This document shows, one piece after another, positions 46,039-56,700 of a stretch of DNA of 64,000 bases. Source of the stretch: a virus; IMG/VR virus record IMGVR_UViG_3300019776_000693, positions 1 through 64,000 of that record; one strand, written 5' to 3'. Under the pieces are notes generated by a model. That model saw nothing but the letters and a program-made list of their open reading frames with translations, did no database searches and was not told the origin of the DNA. The position numbers and the translations under genes were made by a program. The first letter of the stretch is position 1. The number at the start of each line of letters is the position of its first letter.

Positions 46039-47785
46039 ATCTATTTTTATTAAATTTACCTCCTTTTTTCAGAGTTATAGGTTTTTGTATTTGAGGGGTA
46101 TTAATTACTTGATACGTAGAACCATCGTAAGAAATATCGGGATTCAAAACATTGTTACGGTTTAGTTGATTAATATACATCCATTTTTGAAAATTATCTT
46201 GGAATCTTATATTACTTTGATTCTGCAAATCAGCTTCATATCCTTCCAACTCTCTTCCCATTAAACTTTGATATTGTGCAGCAGATTGTGCATCAGCCAA
46301 ACTTTGTCTTGTTTTAACTTGAGCATCTTCGTAACTTTCTCTTTCTCTTGCTTGCGCATTATATCTCGAAGTTTCTGCAATAATTTTAGAAACTGCTTGT
46401 GCATTATTTGCATCCATAGAAGATAAAGTTGCAGCTTTTTGAGCATCAGGAAGTTGGTCTATTTGATTCTCAGTAGCCATTCTACTTCTATTTATTTCAG
46501 ACAATGCTTGCTCAGGATTTATTTCTACTCTTTCTCCTGAATAAATTCTTGGTTGAAATTTTAAAGGTGCTCTAAAAGTAGGGTTTAATAAATCTCTTTC
46601 TGGTAATAATACCATTCCTAATCTCTTAGCTCCCTCCTCTGTTTTAGGTATGTTTGTTGCTTTTTCTTCTTCTGTCGGTATTTTGGCTAAATTTAAATTT
46701 GGTGCGGTTGGTGTTAAACTGATGTTACTTGGTTCAGGTTTTACCGTTTCTGATGAAGCTACCATTGGATAACGCCAATCCCATTTATTATCTTGAAATT
46801 GTTCTAACCAAAAATTATCATCTACTCCCACTGTTTTAGCTAAAGCATCTTTTTCTTCTGGTGTGAAATTAGTCGAATCTCTATTTACATCTAAACCTAG
46901 CTGTTTAAAAGCATCGGGATTAGATTGTTTTAGTATATCTACTCCTTTTGCTGTCATTGGTTGTCCGCTATCTTTAAAATAAGAAACCACTGCTTGAGGA
47001 TTATTAGCTACCATAAATTTTTGTAACTTACCCGCCTCTTGTCCTAAATCACCTTTTAAGTTTAAATCTCCTTCATATCCTAAAGCTACAGATTGATTAT
47101 AAAAATCTTTTAATCTCTCTTTTTGCTGTTCTCCTCCATACTGAAATTTACCGTTTTTATTCTCTTTATCTTTTTTTACGGCTTCTTGTGCAGTGTATAA
47201 AAGATTAAACATTTCTTGTTTAGGTTGCTCTAATTCTTGAAGTTTTTCTCCATATTCTCTGATTTCATCCATCAAAATTTCCTGATTCAAAGCTAAAGTA
47301 GTTTCATCATCTACTTTTTGTTTTTGTTCATCAAGTTCTTTAATATATTTTTCAGCTTCTTCTGTTGCTTCTGTATGTCCTATTTTCTTTAAATATTTAT
47401 CGAGTACTTGAGAGTAAGTATCAGTAGCTTTTATTTTAATTTCAAATTCTTTAGTTAATTTTTTAGCTAATTCTCCACCTACTTTTAAGTGATTAGATAA
47501 TACTCTTGACCCATCTTCCAGATTAGTTTTTATACCACCTTGTTCGTGACTTTCTCCTTCTGCTTTTTTAACGCCTGAAGTATCTTTAACGTATTCTCCA
47601 TCTTCGATTTCGCTATTAGCCATATCCTCAGCATGTTCAGGAAGTTCTCTGATAAACTGACCTGTCATATCTTTATACATCTCTTTTTTTTCTCCTCCAT
47701 TTTGGAAGAAAATTTGTTCAAAGATATTTTTCGGTATTGAAATTGTTTTACTCATAGCTAATTTCGTAATCACCTGTTTGTTCAT
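46028..47785 (-). CDS. Virion cargo-like protein with xxGG motifs
   Basis: GESHEQGG, FQNGG, FQYGG, KKGG; probable start at M11 (47755). Confidence 0.55.
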   Translation of the reverse strand: MNKQVITKLAMSKTISIPKNIFEQIFFQNGGEKKEMYKDMTGQFIRELPEHAEDMANSEIEDGEYVKDTSGVKKAEGESHEQGGIKTNLEDGSRVLSNHLKVGGELAKKLTKEFEIKIKATDTYSQVLDKYLKKIGHTEATEEAEKYIKELDEQKQKVDDETTLALNQEILMDEIREYGEKLQELEQPKQEMFNLLYTAQEAVKKDKENKNGKFQYGGEQQKERLKDFYNQSVALGYEGDLNLKGDLGQEAGKLQKFMVANNPQAVVSYFKDSGQPMTAKGVDILKQSNPDAFKQLGLDVNRDSTNFTPEEKDALAKTVGVDDNFWLEQFQDNKWDWRYPMVASSETVKPEPSNISLTPTAPNLNLAKIPTEEEKATNIPKTEEGAKRLGMVLLPERDLLNPTFRAPLKFQPRIYSGERVEINPEQALSEINRSRMATENQIDQLPDAQKAATLSSMDANNAQAVSKIIAETSRYNAQARERESYEDAQVKTRQSLADAQSAAQYQSLMGRELEGYEADLQNQSNIRFQDNFQKWMYINQLNRNNVLNPDISYDGSTYQVINTPQIQKPITLKKGGKFNKNRFGN

Positions 47786-49076
47786 TCAACTTATATCCTG
47801 TTATTTTCTTACCAATTAATTGGGAAATGTATTCACCTCCATCTTTCATTTGTGGAATCTCTTGTTGTTGCATAGGTTGACCTTGTTGCATAGCAGATTG
47901 AATAATTTGTTGAATTTGGTCTTGTGGAACACCCATTTGCATTAACTGTTGAGCTATTTCTTCGGGAGAAATTCCACTATTTAATGCTTCTATAACCATT
48001 TGTAGTACTTGTTGAGGGTCAGGGGGTGGTAATTGTTCTCCACCATTTTGATAAAATCCTGTCATTGCATCCCTTTGGTTATTATAATAAGTTTTCAAAG
48101 CTTCATTTTTAACTCTTTCTTGTCCTATACCTGAAAAAATATTTCTAGCTGTTCCTGTTGCTACTTTTAGTGCTCCTGCAACTGTTTCTAAAGGGCTTCC
48201 TGATTCTATTCCTCTTCCTAATGCTTGTGCTCCTCCTGCTAAATCAACATCGCTATACGGATTAAAAAACTGATAAGGTTGATTAAAATTTGGAGTAGTG
48301 TTTTGATTATTTACTACATTGTTATTAGTATTTGTTGTTTGTTCAGGTGATAAAGATATTAAATTATTTTGTGCTTGTGTGGTGAATAAAGGAGGATTTT
48401 GGTCATACCAACCCCCATCTTGATAAGAAGCGATAGGATTAGAGTTAAAATTAGGTTCTTTTTTAGAAGACATATAATTTCTATAATTACTCATTTTTTG
48501 AAAATCTTTTTCTCCTTGTGCATCTAAATAATCCACAGAGCCGTCATTATAATAAACCTTAGTATAATTTCCTTCTGGTAATCCTTGTTTTGGTTTATTA
48601 GTTTGCACATTATATTTTATATCACGTATTGATTTTTGTTGTGCAAAAGTTGGTTTATCATATTCACCATAAAGTTTTGTAGGTACAAAAGGTGTATTTG
48701 AATTTATTCTGTTTGTATAATCGTTATATGCTTTAGTATCTTTCATCAAATTAAAAGCCTCATTTTTCACAAATTCAGAATCCCTATCTGCTAAAAATTG
48801 TGGGTCTGATGGGTCTCTATAAAAAACTTTTACACCTTCACCCATAGAAGGATTAAATACATTTGGTTGTATATTATAAATGTTTTTTAAATTAGATTGC
48901 AAACCACCGTCTTGGTGTTTATTATGCTTTTGATTATACATAGAATAAGCTATTGCAACAGCTCTGTCTTTTTCATAGCCTTCGTTAATTAAAACACCTA
49001 TTTTGTGACTAATCCATTCGCTTTTATTTCCACCTTCTTTATATGTATCTATTTTAAATCTGTTATTTTTTTTCAT
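47748..49076 (-). CDS. Virion cargo-like low-complexity protein with xxGG motifs
   Basis: Five [YHM][KQ][END]GG motifs; Gln-rich C-terminal region. Confidence 0.55.
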   Translation of the reverse strand: MKKNNRFKIDTYKEGGNKSEWISHKIGVLINEGYEKDRAVAIAYSMYNQKHNKHQDGGLQSNLKNIYNIQPNVFNPSMGEGVKVFYRDPSDPQFLADRDSEFVKNEAFNLMKDTKAYNDYTNRINSNTPFVPTKLYGEYDKPTFAQQKSIRDIKYNVQTNKPKQGLPEGNYTKVYYNDGSVDYLDAQGEKDFQKMSNYRNYMSSKKEPNFNSNPIASYQDGGWYDQNPPLFTTQAQNNLISLSPEQTTNTNNNVVNNQNTTPNFNQPYQFFNPYSDVDLAGGAQALGRGIESGSPLETVAGALKVATGTARNIFSGIGQERVKNEALKTYYNNQRDAMTGFYQNGGEQLPPPDPQQVLQMVIEALNSGISPEEIAQQLMQMGVPQDQIQQIIQSAMQQGQPMQQQEIPQMKDGGEYISQLIGKKITGYKLNEQTGDYEISYE

Positions 49077-49105
49077 TTTTTAGAATATAATAATTTAATG
49101 CTATT

Positions 49106-50650
49106 TTAAATATCTGAAGCGGGTGATTCAAGTATACTATTTGTATTTTTAAAGAAATATTTATTATTTGGTAACATTAATTTTGTTTCTAACGTCTCTA
49201 AAGAAGTTCCTAAAATAGGATAATTAATGTTTTTCATTGTTATACTTCCATCAGTAGGAACTTGTACAATTTGATTTGGGTAATCATACATTCCTCTTGA
49301 ACTTATTGGAATTTGACCTCCATTTTTTGCTATAAATTCTTTAGGTTTATTTTCTACTGATACTGTTTTATTTAATAAATTTAAAAGTTGTTCATCATTA
49401 AACATATCTAATTTGAATAACTCTTTATTTTTACTGTTTTTTAACTTTTCTGGGTCAATTATTTCATTAGGTTTATATTTATTAAACTGTCTAAATTGCA
49501 TTAATCTTGAATGTACTTCTGATGGGTCTAATAAATAATTACCTTGTGCTCCTAAATTTTTAACTTTACTTTCAGTTTCTTCTGATATATTTTTATAAAT
49601 AGGGTCAGATATAAATTTTACTGTATCCTTTGCTGATAATTGGTCTTGTATATAATGATTTATTTCATGCGGTAGTATTCCTGGAAAACTTTGATAATTT
49701 GGACTTAAAAGTACTTCTTTACTAGAAGGGTTGAATTCTCCATAAGTGCTTTGAGGTAAATCTTCACTTATTTTAGTTACAGGGTTAAAATTAAAATTAT
49801 ATTTAGGTACTTCTATTACGTTTCCTTGTTCATCTAAAACAGTAGTTCTCCCTTGATACCAATTTTTTATAAAATCTTCATCTTCTTTTGAATAAGTCCC
49901 TCCTTCTTGAAATTCAGTTATAGGTGTATATTCTATTGGTTGTAAATCTACTTGATATAGTAATGGTGCTTCTTGATACTGTTGCTCTTGTGTAACAGTA
50001 TTTTGCATTTGTTGTTGAAACATTTGCTGTTCTTCTTGAAAGCTTTCTTCTAATAATTTTTTTGAAGCTGTTTCTTCTTTAGTTTCTTTTTGCTGTTCTT
50101 CTGTGTTAAAAACTTGTCCTACTACTATTGGTAATTTTTCGTCGATATTTGCATAACTATTGACAACTGGTTCGTCTTCAATAATTTTTTCACTTTCATT
50201 TATTGGCATATCCCAAACAGATTTTAAATAATCCATTTTTCTTGCTTTTTGTCCTCTATAAACACTACCTCCTGTTGCTTTTGGTAAAGAAGCCCATTCT
50301 CCTGATAATTTATTTATAGCTGTTTCAAACTTATTATTTAAAATATCATTTAAAGCTCCTCTTTGTTTTATTAAACCTATCGCAGCTAAATCTTGTGAAC
50401 GTGGAGAAAAATCTTTTAAACCTAGTTTTTTAGAAATTCCATCCCATGTTTTATTTAAAAATTGATATGCTCCTTCTGCCGAAGAATAGTCTTTTATACT
50501 CGGTATATAAACTTTTTGTCCTGGTTTTTTACTTAAATCTGAAAATCTTTCGCCTCCTACTCTTGTATTATAATCTGCTCCTTCGGCAGTTCTAATAACT
50601 TTAAGCATTGCTTGAATTTTAGGGTTGTTTAACAACTCTTCCTCATCCAT
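49106..50650 (-). CDS. Virion-associated lambda-type lysozyme/transglycosylase fused to zincin-like domain
   Basis: LKVIRTAEG, SAEGAYQFL..TW, DFSPRSQD, EWASLP; later HEINH. Start moved to MDEEE at 50650. Confidence 0.85.
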   Translation of the reverse strand: MDEEELLNNPKIQAMLKVIRTAEGADYNTRVGGERFSDLSKKPGQKVYIPSIKDYSSAEGAYQFLNKTWDGISKKLGLKDFSPRSQDLAAIGLIKQRGALNDILNNKFETAINKLSGEWASLPKATGGSVYRGQKARKMDYLKSVWDMPINESEKIIEDEPVVNSYANIDEKLPIVVGQVFNTEEQQKETKEETASKKLLEESFQEEQQMFQQQMQNTVTQEQQYQEAPLLYQVDLQPIEYTPITEFQEGGTYSKEDEDFIKNWYQGRTTVLDEQGNVIEVPKYNFNFNPVTKISEDLPQSTYGEFNPSSKEVLLSPNYQSFPGILPHEINHYIQDQLSAKDTVKFISDPIYKNISEETESKVKNLGAQGNYLLDPSEVHSRLMQFRQFNKYKPNEIIDPEKLKNSKNKELFKLDMFNDEQLLNLLNKTVSVENKPKEFIAKNGGQIPISSRGMYDYPNQIVQVPTDGSITMKNINYPILGTSLETLETKLMLPNNKYFFKNTNSILESPASDI

Positions 50651-50684
50651 ATAAAAAATGCCCCTTAAATTAAACATTAAGAGG

Positions 50685-50692
50685 CAAAAATA
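50685..50692 (-). promoter_or_regulatory. Bacteroidota -7 element followed by hairpin
   Basis: TATTTTTG on - strand, then GCCTCTTA/TAAGGGGC stem before the start codon. Confidence 0.5.
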
Positions 50693-50720
50693 CAAAAAAG
50701 TTAATAATTTTTAAAATAAG

Positions 50721-53700
50721 TTAAACATCTACATTAGAAACTGCAAATTTAAAAGTTAAGCTAAATCTGCTGTCTTTTGAATAACTAAATTTATTTAAAA
50801 ACCAATCTCCTTCTAAACGTTTTAATAATTTATTACCTGTAAAAGTTATCACAGAATTATCAATTGTTTTTTCGATTTGGTTTTTATCGTAGTTAATAAA
50901 AGGTACGTTTTTTGAATTATTTCTAACTCTATCAAAAAAATAATTATACGCCCATTTAAATCCGTCTTTATTACTAATCAATATGTCTTGAGTATTATCT
51001 GAATTTGTTTTTGGGTAATTCTTATTCCCTGCAAAATTATTTTTTTGCGGAATTAAGTTTAAATATCCTGAACAAACCATATTATTCCAAATTAAAGATT
51101 TATCAAATGTACGTTCATAATCAATAGCCCAATCGTATTCGTTATGATATCTTTTAGCTTCTGTCCATAAAATAACAGATTCTAATTTTTTAGTAGCTAA
51201 ATCTGATTTTACAGGTATTTCTAACTCAAATGGATACTTATTTCCATAAAAAACTTGATACGACTTATTTGTCAATAAATGTGACCATAATCCATTGTCT
51301 TCTCCAGTAGAGTTGATACCTGATTGAAAATAATTATTATGACTTATATAATAATTAGGTTTAAAATCATAAAAACTCATCCAAGTTCCTAGTATAGGAG
51401 AATAAGCGATTGTCCATGAAACATCTTGAAAATAATCAGGGTCTTCTAATGAAACTTCTATTAAAGGACATTCGATATTTTCTGCAATAATGTTAACCAC
51501 TTCTCCTGATATTCCAACACCATTAGAATTAAAATTATAAACTCCGTTAGTTTGGTCAGCATAGTATTTCATTACGTAACTTAATGATGGTAATATATCA
51601 TTAGGTATATCTGGAGCTATATCTGTTCCTTGTAAAAAAGAAGTTTGAAAAGGAAATATTTGAATTCCTCTTTCTCTTGCATCATTAGATATATTTATGA
51701 CGTTATTCCAATCTGTTATATCATAAGCGTCGTTTAATCCAGAAGGTAAAGCATCTGTTATTAAAAATATAGCTTTTGCTGCATCGGGTCTAAATTCCCC
51801 TATTGTAAGTCCTCCAATAGTAGTTCCTGTATTATCTATTCTCTGAGTGTTGTCCAAAACTGCTCTTAAAGCTTTATCTGTTGGTTCAGGCGTTGCTCCT
51901 CCACCAATTGCTGTAAGACTTGAAACTTCTGTAAAAAATTGGGTCTCATTTTGTAGTGACATGGGTACATTAATAGTGAATAATGGTACTCCACTGAATA
52001 AACTATCATTAACCGCTACTAAGCCTAATCTATAATTATCTCCAAATTTTGCCTGAATAGCAGGTACTATTTGAGTTATAATATTATTTTTTATATTATC
52101 AATAGCAGGTTGTTGTGAACTTGTCTTATCAATAATAAATACAGCATCAATACCATTTACATCATTGCAATTGTCACAATTACTATAAAAATGACCATTT
52201 TGATAAAGTACACAATCTTGTTTTGGAATATAATCTTTTTTAGTTATAAAAACTCTTCTATATCTACTATCCCAAGCCATTGATATACCAATTCCGTTGT
52301 AATTATTATCAACATCTACATCTTTAAAATTTTTTAGTATTTTAAACGGAAGATGTTCTTTAAACCAATTTCTCATTCCTGATGGTTTTCCACCTATTAA
52401 AGAAGATATTTCTTCCATTTGTTGACCTGTAGGTTGAGTTTGAATAACTTGACCTCTCTTAGCATCCACATGAAAATGTCCAAATTCACAACTCACACTT
52501 GTTGTATTTTGTGTGCCTCCAAATCCTAATTGTGCATTGTAAAAAGAAGCACTTCTACGTTGGAATGCTACAGAGCCTCCTAAAAAATTTCTACTAGGAT
52601 TCTGCCCATCATCTACTGTGGTGTCTACTTTATTATACAAAATAGAAGTGTTTTCAAAACGAGTTAAAATAGCTTCATTTTCAATTCCTTGTACATCTAT
52701 TAGTTTTCCATAATTAGTTGGAAACTCAAAGAAATCTAATGGTCTGTATATTAACCAAGGGTCATAGCTGTTGTTTTCGCTATTATCAGGGAGTGATGCT
52801 ATAATTCCATTAGGAAAATCTGTCTTACAATCATTAAAAGTTTTATTGTAACTATTAGATAATGTTCTTAATTTTAATGGAGTGGTTTGTTTAGAATAAG
52901 TCCTATTATAAAAAAACCAATTTTTTTCTCTTATAGGTACATTTTTTTCTTGTGTCCATTCTCCTAAATCTCCTACTTGAGGGTAAAACTGTCTATGATA
53001 AGGCTCTTCTGCATATCTAAAATTAGTATTTATCCTAGTCTCACAAAGAAAGTTAGGAATACCATAATAATATAAATAAAATTTAGAAGGTGGTCTATAA
53101 TAGAATTTACTTTTAGTGTCATTATCAAAATTAAAATCACTATCTATATCAGGAAACACTTTTCCATTTTGGTCAAACTCTTTATCTATTTCATAAGAAA
53201 TATAGAATAAAGGGTTTCTTCCAATATTATTGTAAAAAAAATAATTAAATGGTGTTCTGTCAGCCTGTCCCATAGCTGTGACTAAAAACTGAGAGTGTTT
53301 TCTTTTCAACGTGTGTCTGGTAATAAATGTATCACCACCAAAAACAGATAAGCAATCAGTTCTTGGATTTGTTAAGTCACCTCTATATCCAGTACTTAAC
53401 CATTTTATAGTATTTATTGTACCATGTTGTTGTGGTAAATATGTTTTTAAAGCAACATAAGGAGATGCAATATTTCTTTGAATTTCAGTACTTCTGCCTG
53501 AATCCGATATACCTAATTCAGAAGAGTAAAATAAGCTAGAAGTATATGAATCCCTATCGTATTTTTTATAGCTATCTGGGTAAGTTAATGGGTAATCTCC
53601 AAAAGATAAAAATACAGAAGTTTCTCTATTAATGTTATTTATATCAATTCTTTTAGCAGTAACTTCATTGGTAAATCTATCTGTACCTTCTTTTAAGTAT

Positions 53701-56700
53701 TTAGATATGTTTAAAGAACGTATTTTTTGTCCTTCTTCTTGTTCTAATTGTAAAAAATTGTACTTACCTTCTGCAAAATAGTAATAAGCAAAATTATGAG
53801 GTTTACCAAGATTTCTAAAAGTTTCTAACCATTGATATCTATATCTACCATAATCTGTTATCGCTTTGGTTACATTAGCAATTCCATCTGCTACATAAGC
53901 TAATATAGATGTTACTATTCCTCCTGGATTAAATATTACTACAACTCCTGCTCCTATTTGATAGGATTGGGCTGTTGCAGATAATGTTTGTGCTGTTCTA
54001 ATAGCAGCTTCTGCTACAACTTCTAATCCTGCTAATATTCCTGCTAACTCTCTAGCCTTAGCAGTAAGTACAGTGTATTTAGGATGATTTAAAACTTCGT
54101 CAAAATGTCCTCTTGAATTACCGTACATATACCCCTGCACTGATAATTCTGTAGATAATGTAGGTCTAAAATAATCTGTTTCTGGTGAATGAAAAGTGTA
54201 GTCTGAATTACTTTCTCCAAATTCACTCTGAACTATTTGATTTAATTTATCATTAGCGTAACTATTAAACGGGTAGTTAGGATATTTTATATTTTTACCT
54301 TTTTCAGAGTATTCTCGCATATCGTATAATAACCCTGATGATAGAACACTCCTGTTTAAAGTTAAATCTCCTCTTACTATTTCATATCCTGTTATTTTTT
54401 GCCTATCTTGTGTAGATATTAAATTATTTGATTCGGCAATATCTAAAAAAGAATTAACAATTTCTTCATTTAATGTTACACCTAGTGGAAATATTACAGT
54501 AGATGCAAATGGTAATTGCCTGATATCATACATAAATGGTGATTTTGCATTATCAGGAAATTTAAAATGTCTTATGTTTCTACAAGTAAAATCCACTATC
54601 TCTTTTCCATTATCATCGAATTTCCAAAGATAATTTCCTTCTATATCAACTGTAGCAAAAGATTCTTTAAAACTATCTCTTATACTTAAAGGTATTTGGT
54701 CTTCCTTTATACTTAAAAAAGAAGAATTGTATAATTCTGTATTATCAGGATAAACCTCTTGACTTTCCCAATATGCAAAATTACCTCTTTTATAAGGCAC
54801 TGCTTTACACGCTTGTACTATTGGTTGTTCAAAAGAACAAGTCGCTGTATATTCTATTTTTTTTCTAAGTGTTATAGAGCTCCAAGAAATATCAATTCTT
54901 TTATCTTCTAAATTTCTTGTAGATATTGTATAACAACCTTTACTAGGAGTAGTTGTCCATATAAGGTTTTCATCTACGGATAATATATCACCGCTTCCTC
55001 CATCTATAACAAATGAATATTTTGTAGAACTTATTATTCTATTATCAATAGTAATAAAAAATTTCTTATTTGAAAACCAACCATTAGTTATAGTAGTATA
55101 AGGTGTTCCATCTTCTTTTGTTATAATTAAATCAGCTCCCGATTTTTCTAACTTAAATATTCCCCCTTGTTCTAAATCGACAAACTCTGAAAATATAGCA
55201 TCTGTCGATGTACAACTTTTAAATATTGACATTCTAACAGTCTGTGTTTTATCTGATATCGAATCTATTGGGGATACTATTTTTTGCTTTGATATATCTA
55301 AAATAAAGCTAGTTCTTCCATTTGTATTTCCAGAAAACCATAGTGCACCTTTATGTATTTTATCTAACCATGCAACAGCATCATATTTTACATATAAATT
55401 TCCTGTGGTATCTATTTCATCAATATTGTAAGTTATAGCGTTAGTTAAGGTTACTATATTTGAAGATATAGATAATATCCCCCCAGTTAATGCTTCAATA
55501 GCTGTTTTATGTGTTGTATAAAAAGAATTTGCAGTAACTACCATTGACACCGAGAAAGGGGTTGAAAATAAATTACCATTAATATTTACAGTCACTGAAC
55601 CTGAATCACCTGATTCAAAAGTTATATCTTCGGTTATGTCAAAATTTGAATTATTTTTTGTTGTTTTTAATTCTGATAAACTATTTGAAGAGTAATAGTA
55701 ATTATTAAAATAAGAAGCCCCGTTATTTACTACAGGATTTTGATTTTCATTTATAGTTGCAGCATAAGCACAAGATTCTTCTATAAAATCAGAATCTCTT
55801 TTATATACTGTCATTGATAATATATCAGAAGCCACTGAATCTGTTTCTTTATTACCTGATGAAGAATCTATCTTATATATATTGCATATTCTAGGAGGTA
55901 CTATCTTAGTATAATCTGCCCCGAAAACTTTAGGTACTCTAGTTGAAATTTCACCTTCAAAACTTACAGTTCCTGTTCCTGTTCCTGCTAAAGTAGCTAT
56001 AAATTCTTCTCCAACAGTATTTGAATCTGCCCCTATTGAGGTAAAATCAGTGTCTCCTACAGTTTCTATCCTGTATCTTTTACCTTTTATTATATCTTCT
56101 ACATCTATTATACTTCTTATTTCAGCTACTTCTATTATAGGTGTCCCTACTATTGTTGGAGATTCACAATCAAGACCTTCAAACGGGTCATCTGAACACT
56201 CTATATCGCTATAATCTGCATACAAGGCTTCACAAATATTTCCTCCTGTTGAATTTTCATAAAATTCACTACATTCTGCTTCGCTACTACCTGCATTGTC
56301 ATTTATGTAATCTTCCAGGTTAGTGAATTCTGTGTCTAACTCTATTGATACAGTTCCTTCTTCTATTGTGGCTATATCTTCAATTATACAAAACCTGTTA
56401 ATTTCTTCGGTAACTGTTATAGTTTCTAAATTTGTAGAGCATGGTACATCCTCCACAGTAGCGTCATTATAATATTGCCATCTCCTAGTTCTTATAGTAG
56501 AATTACAATCACTTTTATTTGCTAATATAGATGTAATATCCATATTATCTACATCAACAGGTTCTCCTGTTTCTTCATCTACTACAATATCTAAATCTTC
56601 CTCTGTTGCTATTCTACCTATAAAGGGGAATATAGAAGTTTCATAACCACCATCTAATAAAAATTTAATACCAAAAGGCACTACTTCTTCTCTATTATAT

